NCBI GenBank assembly: GCA_965262715.1
Contig: OZ253553.1
Span: forward strand, 2,400,001-2,464,000
Length of the DNA: 64,000 bases
Direction: 5' to 3'
Origin: Bdellovibrionales bacterium
GTDB lineage: Bacteria; Bdellovibrionota; Bdellovibrionia; Bdellovibrionales; JAUICD01
Under the pieces are notes generated by a model. It did no database searches. It was given only the letters and a program-made list of their open reading frames with translations, and was not told where the DNA came from. Made by a program: the position numbers and the translations under genes. Shown one piece after another: positions 52,732 through 64,000 of the stretch. Position 1 is the first letter of the stretch. The number at the start of each line of letters is the position of its first letter.

Positions 52732-53400
52732 CTAAGATTTTGCTATGGACAACATTCCACAGCCAAAAGCCTTTCCTGGTCCTATCCCACGAAGTATTAT
52801 ATTTTCAACAAAAGCTTTAGGTTCATACAATTTCAAATACCCTCTGAAAGAGACTGTGTAAATAGTTCCAAAATGGTACTGGCTTTTTTGTTTTTTCTTA
52901 AATCTTAAAGGGAAGCTCTCAACAATTTCACAGTCTTTTATAAACACATAATTCTCTTTTTCCATCATCTTTTTCAACCACTGCAGCATCACTTGATCTT
53001 TTGTTAAGTTATTCCTTAAGTCCCCTCTCAAAGACACTCTGACATCCCCTCGATTTGCGCTTTTTCCTTCTTTTTTTAGTTTTTTACTTGGATAAGCTCT
53101 TATAAAAAATTTAAGTTCCTGATTGATTTTTAAATCTTCAAGAGGTCTACTGAAGTTTTTTGTTTGTTTTAAATAAAGGTTCCTTTTTTGCATCTCTGAA
53201 TTATTACAAACAGGTTCCATAATAGACTGTACAAGAATTTTTTTACTGCCTTTCTCATGAGGATTTTCCACTCTATAGAAAAAAGGAGATCTCTGATAAG
53301 AGGATGAATCAACATTTGGAAAAAACTTCCATAAGTCTTTATGCAACTGATAATAATCCAGAGGTTTCAAGCTTTTCAAAATACACAGACTAAGAAACAT
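52732..53400 (-). CDS. cas6e: Cas6e (Cse3/CasE)
   Basis: YQLH..LW, GIGPGKAFGCGML. Confidence 0.95.
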   Translation of the reverse strand: MFLSLCILKSLKPLDYYQLHKDLWKFFPNVDSSSYQRSPFFYRVENPHEKGSKKILVQSIMEPVCNNSEMQKRNLYLKQTKNFSRPLEDLKINQELKFFIRAYPSKKLKKEGKSANRGDVRVSLRGDLRNNLTKDQVMLQWLKKMMEKENYVFIKDCEIVESFPLRFKKKQKSQYHFGTIYTVSFRGYLKLYEPKAFVENIILRGIGPGKAFGCGMLSIAKS

Positions 53401-54076
53401 TGCTTTCCCCCTGAATATAAACTACACGATTAGCAAATCGTCTAACAGAGTCTTTTATAGGAACATCTCTGACCTGTATAGGAACACCACCAATATCTTG
53501 GCTTTCACTATAAACAACTCCTTGTGTATCTGATAATTCTTTTAAAACTTCTTTTATATTCTCTGCCTTAAAAACTTTTTCAAATAAAGGACGATGTAAA
53601 GGACAAGACCTGCGACCTAAAAATGGTGTGAAAATAGGTTTTTCAATGGCTTCTTTGATTTGGTTTAAGTTATAAATAGCATCTTTTTTGAAATCCAAAA
53701 TAAGTGTAAATTCTGCATCGTTTAAATACTCCCTGTAAGAAATGATTGCTTCTTTCCTGGGTTTCCCATTGGCCCTCCGTCCATCAAGCACTGTGTGATA
53801 ATCTGTCATCTTATTTATAGATAAATCTCGAACTTGTGTGCCTTTGTAAACCTGTTTTTCAAGCCTTCTCTTTTCTGCCTTGATCGTGAGTTCAAAGCTT
53901 TGGTTAAGATCTTCTCGCTTTTGAATGTTATCCCTTTCAATCCCTAAACAAGCTCCTAAAAGTCCCAAAATTCCACTTCTGGTCGGAAAAATATAAGATG
54001 GACGGAAAGTTTCATAAGTATGTCCACCCCATGCCTGCATAGCTCCTTGAAGTTTTAAAATTAAAAACTCTTTCAT
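53390..54076 (-). CDS. cas5e: Cas5e (CasD)
   Basis: L.GAMQAWG, PTRSGILGLLGACLG, DYHTV, REYL, LGRRSCP. Confidence 0.95.
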   Translation of the reverse strand: MKEFLILKLQGAMQAWGGHTYETFRPSYIFPTRSGILGLLGACLGIERDNIQKREDLNQSFELTIKAEKRRLEKQVYKGTQVRDLSINKMTDYHTVLDGRRANGKPRKEAIISYREYLNDAEFTLILDFKKDAIYNLNQIKEAIEKPIFTPFLGRRSCPLHRPLFEKVFKAENIKEVLKELSDTQGVVYSESQDIGGVPIQVRDVPIKDSVRRFANRVVYIQGESNVS

Positions 54077-54090
54077 GGTTGTTTATCCTT

Positions 54091-55371
54091 TTATTTTTGA
54101 TCTTCTTCTGTGTCATTAAGTATCCATTCTTTTAGTTTCTCAAGATTTTTATGATCTGTTAAATCTTGAATAAAGTCCTTCAACTCATTATCATTTCTTT
54201 CTTCAATGACAGGTTGGACAGAATAAAAAGCCTTTGGATCATCTGTAAGACTGTAAGTGTCTGCAACTTTTTTTTGATATTCTAAGAGAGCTTCAACAGA
54301 AGGTTTGAATAGTCCAAACTTGCTTTTTATTGGTTTTACTGGAACTTCAAAGGCATTGGCAAAAGATAAAGGTTGATGAGAAAAACTTACCAAAGCAAAA
54401 TCAGCTAGATTATGAGCTGCAAATGCGTTTTGTTTGGCAGAAGGTGTCACAGTGGCCAAAAGATGTAAAACATGGCTTGCAACTTCTAAAGCCCTTGATC
54501 TGTTACTTTCATCTCCTAGATTTTTCTGTAATTGGCGTAAATCTAAACTAGCATAACGATAAAATACACCGGAGGAAAATTCTGTGGTATCTAGATGAGC
54601 TGACCCCTTATCTTCACTGCCTTCTTCTTGCTTTAAATCATCCACTGCTGTAAACCAGTCAATTTCACTGTCCATACCGTGAGTAGTAATAGCATGGGCC
54701 ACAGCTAAAGCACCATCCACAGACATCATAATTCCTGATGTAGTCATACGTCCTGATAAAGCTATATCCTTTGCATTTGAAATATTTTGTTTTAATTGCT
54801 CCTTGTCATCCTTCAATTTGTTTTTTAATTTACTCTGATAAACTAATACTTTTAATGCTTCATCTGATTTTTTATTATTACCTTTTTTCTTTTTCTCTTT
54901 TGATATTTCTTCTGAATTGACTTCTGTATTTCGAATTTGCTCACAAATAAATTCAACTTCTGATTTGACCCAGGCAATTGTAGATTCTGATTTTTCAGAA
55001 TCATCCTTTTCTTTACTTGTTATATTCTTTTTTTGTTCCTTACCATCTTTATCTTTTTTATCTTTAGAACAAAGACAATAAATTGCAAGTTCAATCACTT
55101 CATTACTATATCTTTCCTTTAAGGATTCTTTCATCTTTTCTATGAATTGGGCTAGTTCTTTTGTACGGATTGAAGGTTGGCCAAGATGTTGACAATAATA
55201 TTCAGATTTTCTAATGGCTCGTTTAAGGCTTTGGCTCGATATCCTTGTTCTTTTCACTCCGCCAAAAGTAGCTGTTTTTTGCATTCCCATATCATCCCTG
55301 TTCAGATTAGATGGACTATGTGAAATCAAAACATGAAAATTTACAAAATTTTTATTATTGTTATCACTCAT
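54091..55371 (-). CDS. cas7e: Cas7e (Cse4/CasC)
   Basis: PSNLNRDD.G..K, RISSQSLKR, ALSGRM, DWFTAVDD. Confidence 0.96.
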   Translation of the reverse strand: MSDNNNKNFVNFHVLISHSPSNLNRDDMGMQKTATFGGVKRTRISSQSLKRAIRKSEYYCQHLGQPSIRTKELAQFIEKMKESLKERYSNEVIELAIYCLCSKDKKDKDGKEQKKNITSKEKDDSEKSESTIAWVKSEVEFICEQIRNTEVNSEEISKEKKKKGNNKKSDEALKVLVYQSKLKNKLKDDKEQLKQNISNAKDIALSGRMTTSGIMMSVDGALAVAHAITTHGMDSEIDWFTAVDDLKQEEGSEDKGSAHLDTTEFSSGVFYRYASLDLRQLQKNLGDESNRSRALEVASHVLHLLATVTPSAKQNAFAAHNLADFALVSFSHQPLSFANAFEVPVKPIKSKFGLFKPSVEALLEYQKKVADTYSLTDDPKAFYSVQPVIEERNDNELKDFIQDLTDHKNLEKLKEWILNDTEEDQK

Positions 55372-55837
55372 TTTCTTTCTCCTTTTTATTATCTTCTTTA
55401 TTATTAAAATCCTTATAAAAATCCTTTAAAATTTGCTTCTTACTGTGTTTTCCCCAATACCACAGTGTATTGGCCATTTTTTGGAAATCCACTGTGGGTT
55501 TTGTATGAACAACCAACCTTCTTAGTTGAATCAAATCATTAGGGCTTTCTGATCGGATCACCTGAAACATTCTTTTTTCACTCACTTCAGCTTGTTGAAA
55601 AGCTTGCCCTAAAGATAAACCGTTCTCTTTATGTTTTAAGTCCTTAACTCCTAGAAAAAACACCACTCTTTTCCATTGTTTTTCATTTTGCTCATTTAAT
55701 CTATTTCCCAAAAGTTTGTAAAAAGCAGGAAGGGTTTCAAGATCATCAGGCTTTGCTATCTTTCTGATTTCAGCACGGTCTCCATTACTCAACTTATTAT
55801 GAAACTTGTTATAAATTTCCATAAAATCCATATTCAT
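55364..55837 (-). CDS. cse2: Cas11/Cse2 (CasB)
   Basis: GDRAEIRK, SLGQA, SEKRM, LRRLV; position in operon. Confidence 0.9.
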   Translation of the reverse strand: MNMDFMEIYNKFHNKLSNGDRAEIRKIAKPDDLETLPAFYKLLGNRLNEQNEKQWKRVVFFLGVKDLKHKENGLSLGQAFQQAEVSEKRMFQVIRSESPNDLIQLRRLVVHTKPTVDFQKMANTLWYWGKHSKKQILKDFYKDFNNKEDNKKEKENE

Positions 55838-57381
55838 ACCTCTTGAACTCTATACTGTTGTTGCAATTTCCTAAAGAGATGAGAGCGACCTTTTTCAATA
55901 GCCTTTATAAATTTAGGATCATGCTCATAGGGCTGTGTAACTTCTTCAAAAGTTGTTTTTGCAAGCTGGCAAAATTTATCTTTGTATTTTTGTATTTGTT
56001 GAAAATCCAAAGTTCTCAAGGTTTCATGCATTAAAAGTTCTGAATTGTTAAAATAGATCTTTTGAGCTTTTGGTTGAAGTGATTTTTTGATAAAATTAGA
56101 TTTTTCTTGCCCTTTATCGTTTTTTTTCTCTCCCCATTTCAAATTCTGCCCTAAAAAATATATAGATGTATTTAAAGTACTTTGTGCCTTTAAAGCACAA
56201 TCAACCAACTCCTTCATTTCAGCATACCTATCATTGAATTCTGGTTTGAGGCTATACATTTCATGTTTTCGAGCAAAAAGACTTTCAGTGGATTTACCTT
56301 TGATATAACCACCAACAGCTAAATTTAAAGGTTTTCCACGACCAATACCATCTAAATAAGCATCAACCACTAAAGCTCTTGTATGTCCTTCTTCTTCAGA
56401 GCTATTCGTATATAAAAAACTAAGCATTTTGGTCCATAAAGCCATATCTTTAGAGGATGAGGATAAAGACATATAAGGTTTTTTCTTTTCATCATTGTCT
56501 TGAATTTTTTTCATATCTATTGGTGTATGAGGATGTAACCAATAATTTTTAGTACAAGAAAGGCCATTTTCTGTAAAAAATCCTGTTGCTTTTTGATCTG
56601 CATTGACTACTAATTTGACTTTAGCTGGTTGCCAAAATAAACCCCTCATTAAACCAATTTGATGAGCAAACTCTGGCTTTTCTTTATCAAAAGAAATAGA
56701 TTTGACCCAAGCAGGATCTTCCATTTTTTCATTGCCATCAACATCCATGATGTTTTTATCTCTTAAAAACTCTTTGTGCAAAATATTGCACCAGATTGTT
56801 TTTCGCAAATCTTTTGATTCGTCATAAACAAGCGTTGTCAATGGCCTAGAGCCTTTAAGTCCAACCTTAAAAAAACTCCCACCTAAACCAAACCCATTAG
56901 TGGCTTGTTGAAATAAGGCTATGGCTGCTTCTCCTAAGTCCATTTCTTTAACTTCATCTGTTCTATGAAAATGAGCTTCTGACGATTGAGAACTACTGCT
57001 TTTTTCAGGTAGACCTATCAGTAATTTTTGTAAGCTTTTTTCTTTATCATTATCTAATTCAAAGTCTGTTTGCATAAAGGGGTATTGGGGATGAAGCAGA
57101 TCAAACCAATCTTTAAACTTAGAAGTAGCTTTGTCATAATCTTCTTTTTTCATAGAGTTATTATAGGAATCTTCTAGATCATTAAGATCATTTGGAGTAA
57201 AGATCACTTGGACTATGCAAACAAGCATTTGCAAACAAGCTAACTCCATGTCATCTCTATCTAAAGCTAATGAGTGTTGCTGATCTTTACAGAGAAGCTC
57301 TTTTAGACTGATCTTTTGATTTTTCTGTACAGGTATCCAATTTTCAATTAAAAGATTGTATTCAGACATTAGTGTTTCCAA
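55834..57381 (-). CDS. cse1: Cas8e/Cse1 (CasA)
   Basis: NLL.E.WIPV, FDL....PFMQ, GGSFFKVGL, HPH; position in operon. Confidence 0.92.
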   Translation of the reverse strand: METLMSEYNLLIENWIPVQKNQKISLKELLCKDQQHSLALDRDDMELACLQMLVCIVQVIFTPNDLNDLEDSYNNSMKKEDYDKATSKFKDWFDLLHPQYPFMQTDFELDNDKEKSLQKLLIGLPEKSSSSQSSEAHFHRTDEVKEMDLGEAAIALFQQATNGFGLGGSFFKVGLKGSRPLTTLVYDESKDLRKTIWCNILHKEFLRDKNIMDVDGNEKMEDPAWVKSISFDKEKPEFAHQIGLMRGLFWQPAKVKLVVNADQKATGFFTENGLSCTKNYWLHPHTPIDMKKIQDNDEKKKPYMSLSSSSKDMALWTKMLSFLYTNSSEEEGHTRALVVDAYLDGIGRGKPLNLAVGGYIKGKSTESLFARKHEMYSLKPEFNDRYAEMKELVDCALKAQSTLNTSIYFLGQNLKWGEKKNDKGQEKSNFIKKSLQPKAQKIYFNNSELLMHETLRTLDFQQIQKYKDKFCQLAKTTFEEVTQPYEHDPKFIKAIEKGRSHLFRKLQQQYRVQEV

Positions 57382-57400
57382 CTTGAGTAGGTATGTATTC

Positions 57401-60013
57401 TTAACACTTCACTTTTTTCAAACCATACTCACTAGTATAACACAATTTATAACCATGATGTTCTTCTGATAAATATTTTTGAGTTTGTGTCTTATTTTGA
57501 ATGGCTTGCATTGGTAAATAATAAATACCTTTTTCTGGTTGTACTGAAATATAAGGCTTCCAAGAATTTGGAACGGGAATCATATTTTGATATAAATCTT
57601 CAGATGAACTCTTATCTATACATATTTTGCTGTCTAAAAAACATCGACCTGTATCTTTTTCGATCATGGGGATAACACTTAAATTTCTCTTTCCTTCTCT
57701 AGTGAGCATTGCAGCATTTTCATCTGTATCAGAAAAATAAGTTTCTGAACTTGCAAGTTGAAAAGCTTTCGATGCACTTTGACTGCATTCATTTTGATAT
57801 TTTACAAAAGCCTCTGTGATTTCTTCTGGTTCATTATTCCATGCATCTTCTTGATACACTTGTTCTATCCATTGCCTATAAGCTTGAGGAAAAATAATGG
57901 AGCTTGTGTTTTGCCTATATAACATCTGTTGAGTTCTCCAAAGGACTCTTTTGTTTTTATAAATGTACTCATGAAATTTATAGTTTATTATTTCTTTTTC
58001 TGGAAGAATTATGGAACAAAAAGGATTTTTAAAATCTTTTGGACGTATTTTAAAATGTCTATGCAGTCTGCCCATACGCTGAAATAAAAGGTCCACAGGA
58101 CATAAAAAAGTGATCAGCCAATCAAAATCAATATCTAAGGATTGTTCTAAGACTTGTGTACCTATTAAAACATGTCCTTTTTCAATGCTACCTTTACCAT
58201 ATTTTTGTATAAGACATTCTTCTTTTTTCATTCTGTCTTTATAACGGTAACGAGAATGCAAAATGTCCACAGACAATTCATGGCATTGCAATTGTTCTGC
58301 TATTTTTTGAGCATCATCTACTAAATTACAAATAATACCTACTTTAGCTTTCTGATCTTTTATGACTTCTGCTATTTTTTCTAACTTGTTCTGGGTAAAA
58401 GTCATGTCATTATTTGACCAGAGTTCAAAAAAGACTTTTCGATGATCTTCTTCTTTTTCCAAAAAATGTGGTTTTGGCTCCTGATGATTTTCAATAGCTT
58501 GTAGAATAAGAGGGTACTTGTTTTTATAATCACTATCACTATTCTGAGAAAGTTCTACATTCCATACCTCTAAAAGCTGTTTTTTCTGATAAAAAGGTAA
58601 AGTAGCTGATAATAAAACCACACTTCCACCAGCTTTTTTCTGAGATTTTACAACTTCTTTTAAAAGACCGTACATGTAAGCATCATAAGCATGAATTTCA
58701 TCAATAATAAGAACACTTTTTCCAATTCCAAAAGAGCGAATAAAAAAATGTTTTAAAGATGGTATTACTGATAACAAGACTTGATCCACAGTAGTCACAG
58801 CTATTTGCCCTAAAAAAGCTCTTTTTCTAGATAAAGATAGCCATTCATGGCATTGAACTCCGGCTTCATTACCTTTAGCCCTTGTTTGTTTAAAGCTACT
58901 TTTAATTAATTCTTTAAAGTCAGGATTATATGGGCTTTTTCCATGAGCTAAAATCACATTTGGACCAGATGAAAATATTTTTTCTGAAACCACTTGTAAA
59001 CGATTTAAAATAGCATTAGCTGTGGCTTGAGTTGGCAGGGCAAAGGTTATACTGTCAGCTAAACTCTTTACTAAAAGACGAGAGGCAAAAGCTACAGCAG
59101 CTTCTGTCTTTCCACTCCCTGTACTGGCTTCTATAATAGTTAAACTAGGGCTATTATCTTTTAACTTAGGGATAATTGCTTGGATATTTCTTGGTTCTAA
59201 ATCTGGATAGACCTGATCCATTCCACCTTGAGAAATAACAACATCCCTTAATAAACCAAATTTTTTTAGTATTTCTCTGGCCTTTTCTTTTTTTGATTCA
59301 AAATAAGTTAAAAGACATTTATTCTCTGATGATTTTTCGTATGGAAAATAATCTGTGTTGGAACCTAGCCAGTCACAAATAGAACAAAAGCCAGCTAGCA
59401 GGACAGGTGGGTCTCTTGACAGATTTGTGCTTGCAAAACTTATATTTTGAGGTTTTAAAAATAACTTGGCTATATCTTGAACAAAGGTTTCTCTTGCTGA
59501 TCGATCTTGCTCTTTATCTTTTTCTGGCACATAAGAAGGTAACGGATTTTTTTGTGCATCATTGGGTATTTTTCCATGATGACCAGCAGTGTGAGCTAAC
59601 CAGTTTTGCAGGTATCTCTTTTGAGTTGAACTGCAATCTTGAAAAAGTCTATTACATTCCTGAACAAACCACACATAACCATTTTCACCATGATAATAAC
59701 CATTGGAAGCCACTTTGTTCTTTGTGTCATCACTATAAGGGGCAATTTTAGGAACTTTATTTTGAAAACGCATATCCAGCTTACCTAGATCATGCAAAGC
59801 AATAAAAAACTGTACCCATGCTTGCACTTGTTTTTCTGGAAGTTGAGCTTCTTTTACAAAACTTCTTTGGATGGCCAAGCTATTTTTCCACCATTCATGA
59901 GCTACAGCCGTAACATCTAGACAATGCATCCACAAAAGATGAGATGTCAGTTTTCCGTCTTCTAATTTTTTGGCCTTACCCCAATACCTAAAATGAACCT
60001 TCAAGTCTTTCAT
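57401..60013 (-). CDS. cas3: Cas3 HD nuclease-SF2 helicase
   Basis: HCLDV, LHDLGK, HHG, CDWLGS; TGSGKT, DEIH, SAT, QRMGRLHR. Confidence 0.98.
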   Translation of the reverse strand: MKDLKVHFRYWGKAKKLEDGKLTSHLLWMHCLDVTAVAHEWWKNSLAIQRSFVKEAQLPEKQVQAWVQFFIALHDLGKLDMRFQNKVPKIAPYSDDTKNKVASNGYYHGENGYVWFVQECNRLFQDCSSTQKRYLQNWLAHTAGHHGKIPNDAQKNPLPSYVPEKDKEQDRSARETFVQDIAKLFLKPQNISFASTNLSRDPPVLLAGFCSICDWLGSNTDYFPYEKSSENKCLLTYFESKKEKAREILKKFGLLRDVVISQGGMDQVYPDLEPRNIQAIIPKLKDNSPSLTIIEASTGSGKTEAAVAFASRLLVKSLADSITFALPTQATANAILNRLQVVSEKIFSSGPNVILAHGKSPYNPDFKELIKSSFKQTRAKGNEAGVQCHEWLSLSRKRAFLGQIAVTTVDQVLLSVIPSLKHFFIRSFGIGKSVLIIDEIHAYDAYMYGLLKEVVKSQKKAGGSVVLLSATLPFYQKKQLLEVWNVELSQNSDSDYKNKYPLILQAIENHQEPKPHFLEKEEDHRKVFFELWSNNDMTFTQNKLEKIAEVIKDQKAKVGIICNLVDDAQKIAEQLQCHELSVDILHSRYRYKDRMKKEECLIQKYGKGSIEKGHVLIGTQVLEQSLDIDFDWLITFLCPVDLLFQRMGRLHRHFKIRPKDFKNPFCSIILPEKEIINYKFHEYIYKNKRVLWRTQQMLYRQNTSSIIFPQAYRQWIEQVYQEDAWNNEPEEITEAFVKYQNECSQSASKAFQLASSETYFSDTDENAAMLTREGKRNLSVIPMIEKDTGRCFLDSKICIDKSSSEDLYQNMIPVPNSWKPYISVQPEKGIYYLPMQAIQNKTQTQKYLSEEHHGYKLCYTSEYGLKKVKC

Positions 60014-60158
60014 TTTTCCGCTCTTAAGTTTATAAAACCTATCTTAAGAATATTTTCCACATCTTTACTTTTCAAAAGATTTATGACATCTTTTGCATAT
60101 AATCTCCTTCTGTGTTATCTCACGACAAATTGTTAAAGGTTTTCTTAAAAGATTTACT

Positions 60159-61007
60159 TTATTTTAAGCAATACAATGTAAGAGGTTCTCCAATAGGTTT
60201 TTCCAAAACTTCACTGCCTGAAAGAAAAAAAGGTCCTTCTTTTTTTTCTAAGCGGCTTTGTAATAACTTTAAACTTTTTTCATCACTTGGATTTAATATA
60301 AGCTCTGTCTTTCGATAATGTAAGTTAAAGAGCTCATTACTTTTTTTCTTATCAAAGAAGTTTTCCCATAACATAGTATCCACCCGGCATTTATAAGTTA
60401 AAGAGTGGGCAAAATTGTGTAAAGGATTATAAGCAGAAACCAGCTCAAAATCTCCAAAGTTAGCATGTAACTTAAGAGCAGGAGAATCCCACTGTGTCAC
60501 TCCATAAAGCCAATCAATACCAGCATACCATAAACCAAATGCCTTACTTAAAAAGCCAAGACCTTTTAACTTTTTTTCCTTAGCCAATAACCTATTTAAA
60601 GAACAAAGATTATGAGCAACCCACTGACCTGAACCCACACAAGGAATCACAATAAAGAGTGAAAGTGGAACCCATTCTTGTTGAGGTTCATCTTCATAAA
60701 TATGTTGAATTTCTTTTGGAATTTTATCTCTTTTCATCACAAATCCTGTGATAAAACCTGGCATGAGACCACACCCATAAAAAGCCCATTTTGGTGTGAA
60801 CAGTTTTCCAAACATAACAGAGTCTACTTTCATTTGTAGTTTAACAAAACTTAAATTCTCTGGAGATAGAGGATCTACAATATAAGGTTTACGATCGAAC
60901 CAACTAAAATGTTGCCTCATTCCTGTGATATGATTTTCTTCGCGAATACACACATAAGGTAAAATATCAGGGCTTTCTAACCAATCAGGTTTGAAAGTAT
61001 CCATCAC
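60159..61007 (-). CDS. Hypothetical protein
   Basis: 282-aa ORF overlapping the fumC stop; weak GNAT-like GLGFL motif. Confidence 0.6.
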   Translation of the reverse strand: MMDTFKPDWLESPDILPYVCIREENHITGMRQHFSWFDRKPYIVDPLSPENLSFVKLQMKVDSVMFGKLFTPKWAFYGCGLMPGFITGFVMKRDKIPKEIQHIYEDEPQQEWVPLSLFIVIPCVGSGQWVAHNLCSLNRLLAKEKKLKGLGFLSKAFGLWYAGIDWLYGVTQWDSPALKLHANFGDFELVSAYNPLHNFAHSLTYKCRVDTMLWENFFDKKKSNELFNLHYRKTELILNPSDEKSLKLLQSRLEKKEGPFFLSGSEVLEKPIGEPLTLYCLK

Positions 61008-62464
61008 ATCTCCTTTTTTGACAGGTTATTTAATGGTTGAGTCATTTCTTTTGGCTGTACATATTTATCAAACTCATCAGCTGTAAGAAGCTTTAAACTA
61101 ATTGCCTCTTCTTTAAGACTGCGGCCACTGGCATAAGCAGCTTTGGCAATTTTGGCAGCATTGTCATAGCCAATATAAGGGTTCAAAGCTGTAACCAACA
61201 TCAAAGAATTCTCTAAATGCTGATTTAATTGCTTCTCATTTGCTTTAAGCCCTATTAAAGCTCGACGAGTAAAACTTTCACAAGCATCTGCTAGTAATCG
61301 CAGACTATTTAGAACATTAAAAACTATCATAGGCTTAAAGGCATTGAGTTCAAGATGACCGTTACAACCACCTATATTCACTGCTACATCATTCCCTAAG
61401 ACTTGAGCACAAACCATAGTCAGTGCTTCACATTGAGTAGGATTGACCTTTCCTGGCATAATAGAACTACCTGGCTCATTTGCTGGTAAAATAAGCTCCC
61501 CAATTCCACTACGAGGACCACTACCTAATATACGAATATCATTTCCAATCTTCATGAAAGAGCATGCAATTGTTTTCAAAACACCACTAAATCCTACTAA
61601 AGCATCATGAGCCGCTATAGCTTCAAATTTATTCATAGCTGAAGTAAAAGGAAAATGCGTCTGTTCAGAAATAGAATCAATAGCAAGAAGAGCAAAGTCT
61701 TTATGAGTGTTTAAGCCTGTTCCAACAGCTGTTCCACCTAAAGCTAAAGGGTAGAGAGAAGATAAGTTGTTTTTAACTCGATTTATACCTTTTTCAATTT
61801 GTGTGCGATATCCAGAAAACTCTTGAGCTAAAGTCAATGGAGTAGCATCCATAAAGTGAGTGCGGCCTATTTTTACAAAGTCTTTAAACTCATCTTCTTT
61901 ATTCAAAAGGGCCTTTAATATTTCTTCTAGTGCAGGAAGTAGACGAGTATGAATTTGTTCTACCGCTGCAATGTGCATTGCAGAAGGAAAAACATCATTA
62001 GAACTTTGCCCCCTGTTGACATCATCATTAGGATGGACTTTGTGATCTAACTTGCCACCTAATATCTCAGTAGCTCGATTGGCAATCACCTCATTGGTAT
62101 TCATATTTGTTTGTGTGCCACTGCCCGTCTGCCAAATCACGAGAGGGAAATGTTCATCTAGCTGTCCAGATATCACTTCATCAGCAGCCTGACAAATAGC
62201 ATTTGCTTTTTTCCTATCTAAAATAGATAACTTTTGATGGGCTATAGCTGCAGCCTTTTTTATAACACCCAAAGCCCGAATAAAAGCCCTTGGAAAACGA
62301 TCCTCACCAATCTTAAAGTTTTCAAGTGACCTCTGAGTTTGTGCCCCCCAATACTTACTTTTAGGGACTTTTACTTCACCCATAGTGTCTTTTTCTATAC
62401 GATAGCTTTCCTCATGAACCATCTCCAAACTCCTTACAATCTCATTATATGAAGAGTTTTCCAA
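61004..62464 (-). CDS. fumC: Fumarate hydratase class II (true start probably slightly downstream)
   Basis: [29 protein letters not shown]. Confidence 0.98.
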   Translation of the reverse strand: MENSSYNEIVRSLEMVHEESYRIEKDTMGEVKVPKSKYWGAQTQRSLENFKIGEDRFPRAFIRALGVIKKAAAIAHQKLSILDRKKANAICQAADEVISGQLDEHFPLVIWQTGSGTQTNMNTNEVIANRATEILGGKLDHKVHPNDDVNRGQSSNDVFPSAMHIAAVEQIHTRLLPALEEILKALLNKEDEFKDFVKIGRTHFMDATPLTLAQEFSGYRTQIEKGINRVKNNLSSLYPLALGGTAVGTGLNTHKDFALLAIDSISEQTHFPFTSAMNKFEAIAAHDALVGFSGVLKTIACSFMKIGNDIRILGSGPRSGIGELILPANEPGSSIMPGKVNPTQCEALTMVCAQVLGNDVAVNIGGCNGHLELNAFKPMIVFNVLNSLRLLADACESFTRRALIGLKANEKQLNQHLENSLMLVTALNPYIGYDNAAKIAKAAYASGRSLKEEAISLKLLTADEFDKYVQPKEMTQPLNNLSKKEM

Positions 62465-62529
62465 AAAACAAGCATTGACAAAATAAATCTATATAATAAT
62501 AATTCACTAAGTTTTTAAAAGGTATACTT

Positions 62530-63033
62530 ATGACTGAAAAATCAAAACTTAAAAACCCTCTTAATTGTCGCTGCTGGCTTATGAAGTCAGAGCCTACTAA
62601 CTATTCTATTGATGATCTTAAAACAGAAAAAACTTGCTTATGGGATGGTGTTCGCAATTATCAAGCACGCAATTTTATGATGAAAGATATGCAAAAAGGA
62701 GATGATGTTTTATTTTATCATTCCAACACAAAACCACCGGCAATTGTAGGGCTTGCTAAGGTTGTTTCATTTGTTGCAATTCCTGATATCACACAATTTG
62801 ATCCTAAAAGCCAATACTTTGATAAAAAAGCCACTTTTGAAAAGCCTATCTGGTACTGTGTTAAAGTCAAATTTCAAAAAAAACTTAAAACCCCTATTTC
62901 TCTGACTGAGCTTAAATCTCATAAAGACCTAAAATCTTTATGGGTGATCAAAAAAGGTATGAGACTTTCTATCCAACCTGTCGCAAAAAAAGATTTTCAA
63001 GCTTTGCTCACAATGATATCTGATCAGAAATAA
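62530..63033 (+). CDS. EVE domain protein
   Basis: WLMKSEP, WDGVRNYQARN, FYHS, RLSIQPV. Confidence 0.95.
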   Translation: MTEKSKLKNPLNCRCWLMKSEPTNYSIDDLKTEKTCLWDGVRNYQARNFMMKDMQKGDDVLFYHSNTKPPAIVGLAKVVSFVAIPDITQFDPKSQYFDKKATFEKPIWYCVKVKFQKKLKTPISLTELKSHKDLKSLWVIKKGMRLSIQPVAKKDFQALLTMISDQK

Positions 63034-63290
63034 AATCCTAAAAAGAGTAAAAAGTAAAGTGAAAAAATACAGTATGTAAAAAGTAACACTGCTTGTTATT
63101 GACACTTATACTATAAGTATGATTGAGTTTTTGAAGTGTTTTTTCTTTATGCATTTTAGAGTTTCCACGAATTGATCGAAATAACAGAGGCAATTGTTGA
63201 TATTATTTAACAGTTTTTAGATAAAATAAAACACCACTTAAGACCTTAAAACTCACTAAGGGCTTTAGACAAGGGAAGTAAAAGTAAGAC

Positions 63291-63746
63291 ATGAAAAACC
63301 AAATAAAAAATGAAGTCTTTAAAAAAAGTCCCATAATAACTACGATGCCAACATCGAGTTTGCCCTGCAAAATCACTCAAGGTATCAAGGTTGAAGTCCA
63401 TAATCATTACATCCTTGAAGAATCTCAACCTGATCATGATATTTACTTTTTTCTCTATTATGTTCGCATTACTAATGAAAGCACTCAAGCGGCACAACTT
63501 TTAAGACGTAAATGGCTTATAACAGATGGACATGGATATCAAAAAACAGTTAAAGGTTTAGGAGTCGTTGGCCTGCAACCTTATATCAAGCCTGGAGAAT
63601 TTTTTGAATATAACAGTTTTTGCCCTCTCTCAACACCTACAGGTCAAATGGAAGGGTTTTATGAAATGGAAACTTCAAAAAACACAATCTTCAAAGCAAC
63701 CATCCCAGAGCTTTATTTTATAACAAATCCTTCTGTCTGCCACTAA
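63291..63746 (+). CDS. apaG: ApaG protein
   Basis: Y.VRITN, QLLRRKWLITD, GVVG.QP, TPTGQMEG. Confidence 0.93.
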   Translation: MKNQIKNEVFKKSPIITTMPTSSLPCKITQGIKVEVHNHYILEESQPDHDIYFFLYYVRITNESTQAAQLLRRKWLITDGHGYQKTVKGLGVVGLQPYIKPGEFFEYNSFCPLSTPTGQMEGFYEMETSKNTIFKATIPELYFITNPSVCH

Positions 63747-63831
63747 AAGCACTTACTATCCAATATAGAGAGCCCTCAAAAACCCTAATATTCAACTTGC
63801 AAAAAAGAAGAAAATAAGTTACAAATAAAGT

Positions 63832-64000
63832 ATGGCTATATTAGATATCATCACTTATCCTGACCCTCTTTTAAAAAAAGTCTCAAAGCCTCTTAAGGAA
63901 TTGACAACTGGCCAAGTCCCTTCTATTGAAGTTTCACCAGAATATAAAAAGCTTGTATCAGATATGCTAGAAACCATGTACAAGGCTCCTGGTATAGGCC
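63832..64000 (+). CDS. def: Peptide deformylase (5' part; runs off the window)
   Basis: Hand translation MAILDIITYPDPLLKKVSKP...DMLETMYKAPGIG. Confidence 0.9.
   Translation, partial: MAILDIITYPDPLLKKVSKPLKELTTGQVPSIEVSPEYKKLVSDMLETMYKAPGIG

Overview
AT-rich bacterial chromosomal segment. Its gene content (GspL/M/N-like cluster, hppD, FHA-sigma54 activator, N-terminally extended TPR protein, EVE, ApaG) suggests Bdellovibrionota/Oligoflexia or a related delta-type lineage; this is inference only. The backbone is housekeeping genes: trmL, hppD, iscA, dusB, folA-thyA, rplU-rpmA, eno, tatA/B/C, mrp, gltX, dapB, mlaEFD, prmC-murA, fumC, apaG, def. Accessory patches interrupt it: (i) an AlbA_2/HATPase/HTH gene behind a 30-bp tandem repeat; (ii) a frameshifted AbiF/Abi_2 HEPN gene with an upstream structured RNA; (iii) a ~32-38.8 kb decayed defence island (nuclease-like hypotheticals, type I R-M remnants fused to an IS1595 fragment); (iv) ankyrin genes next to a complete type I-E CRISPR-Cas locus (10 repeats, 9 spacers). 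The most unusual feature is a ~100-150 bp multi-stem element present three times with compensatory base changes. Two copies bracket the island as direct repeats. Two flank a four-helix-bundle (IVP/bAvd-like) gene as inverted repeats. A 16-bp inverted repeat containing that gene's start codon could flip a strong Shine-Dalgarno onto it. A candidate 6S-like ncRNA with its own promoter and two probable non-canonical (ATA/ATT) starts were also found by eye.
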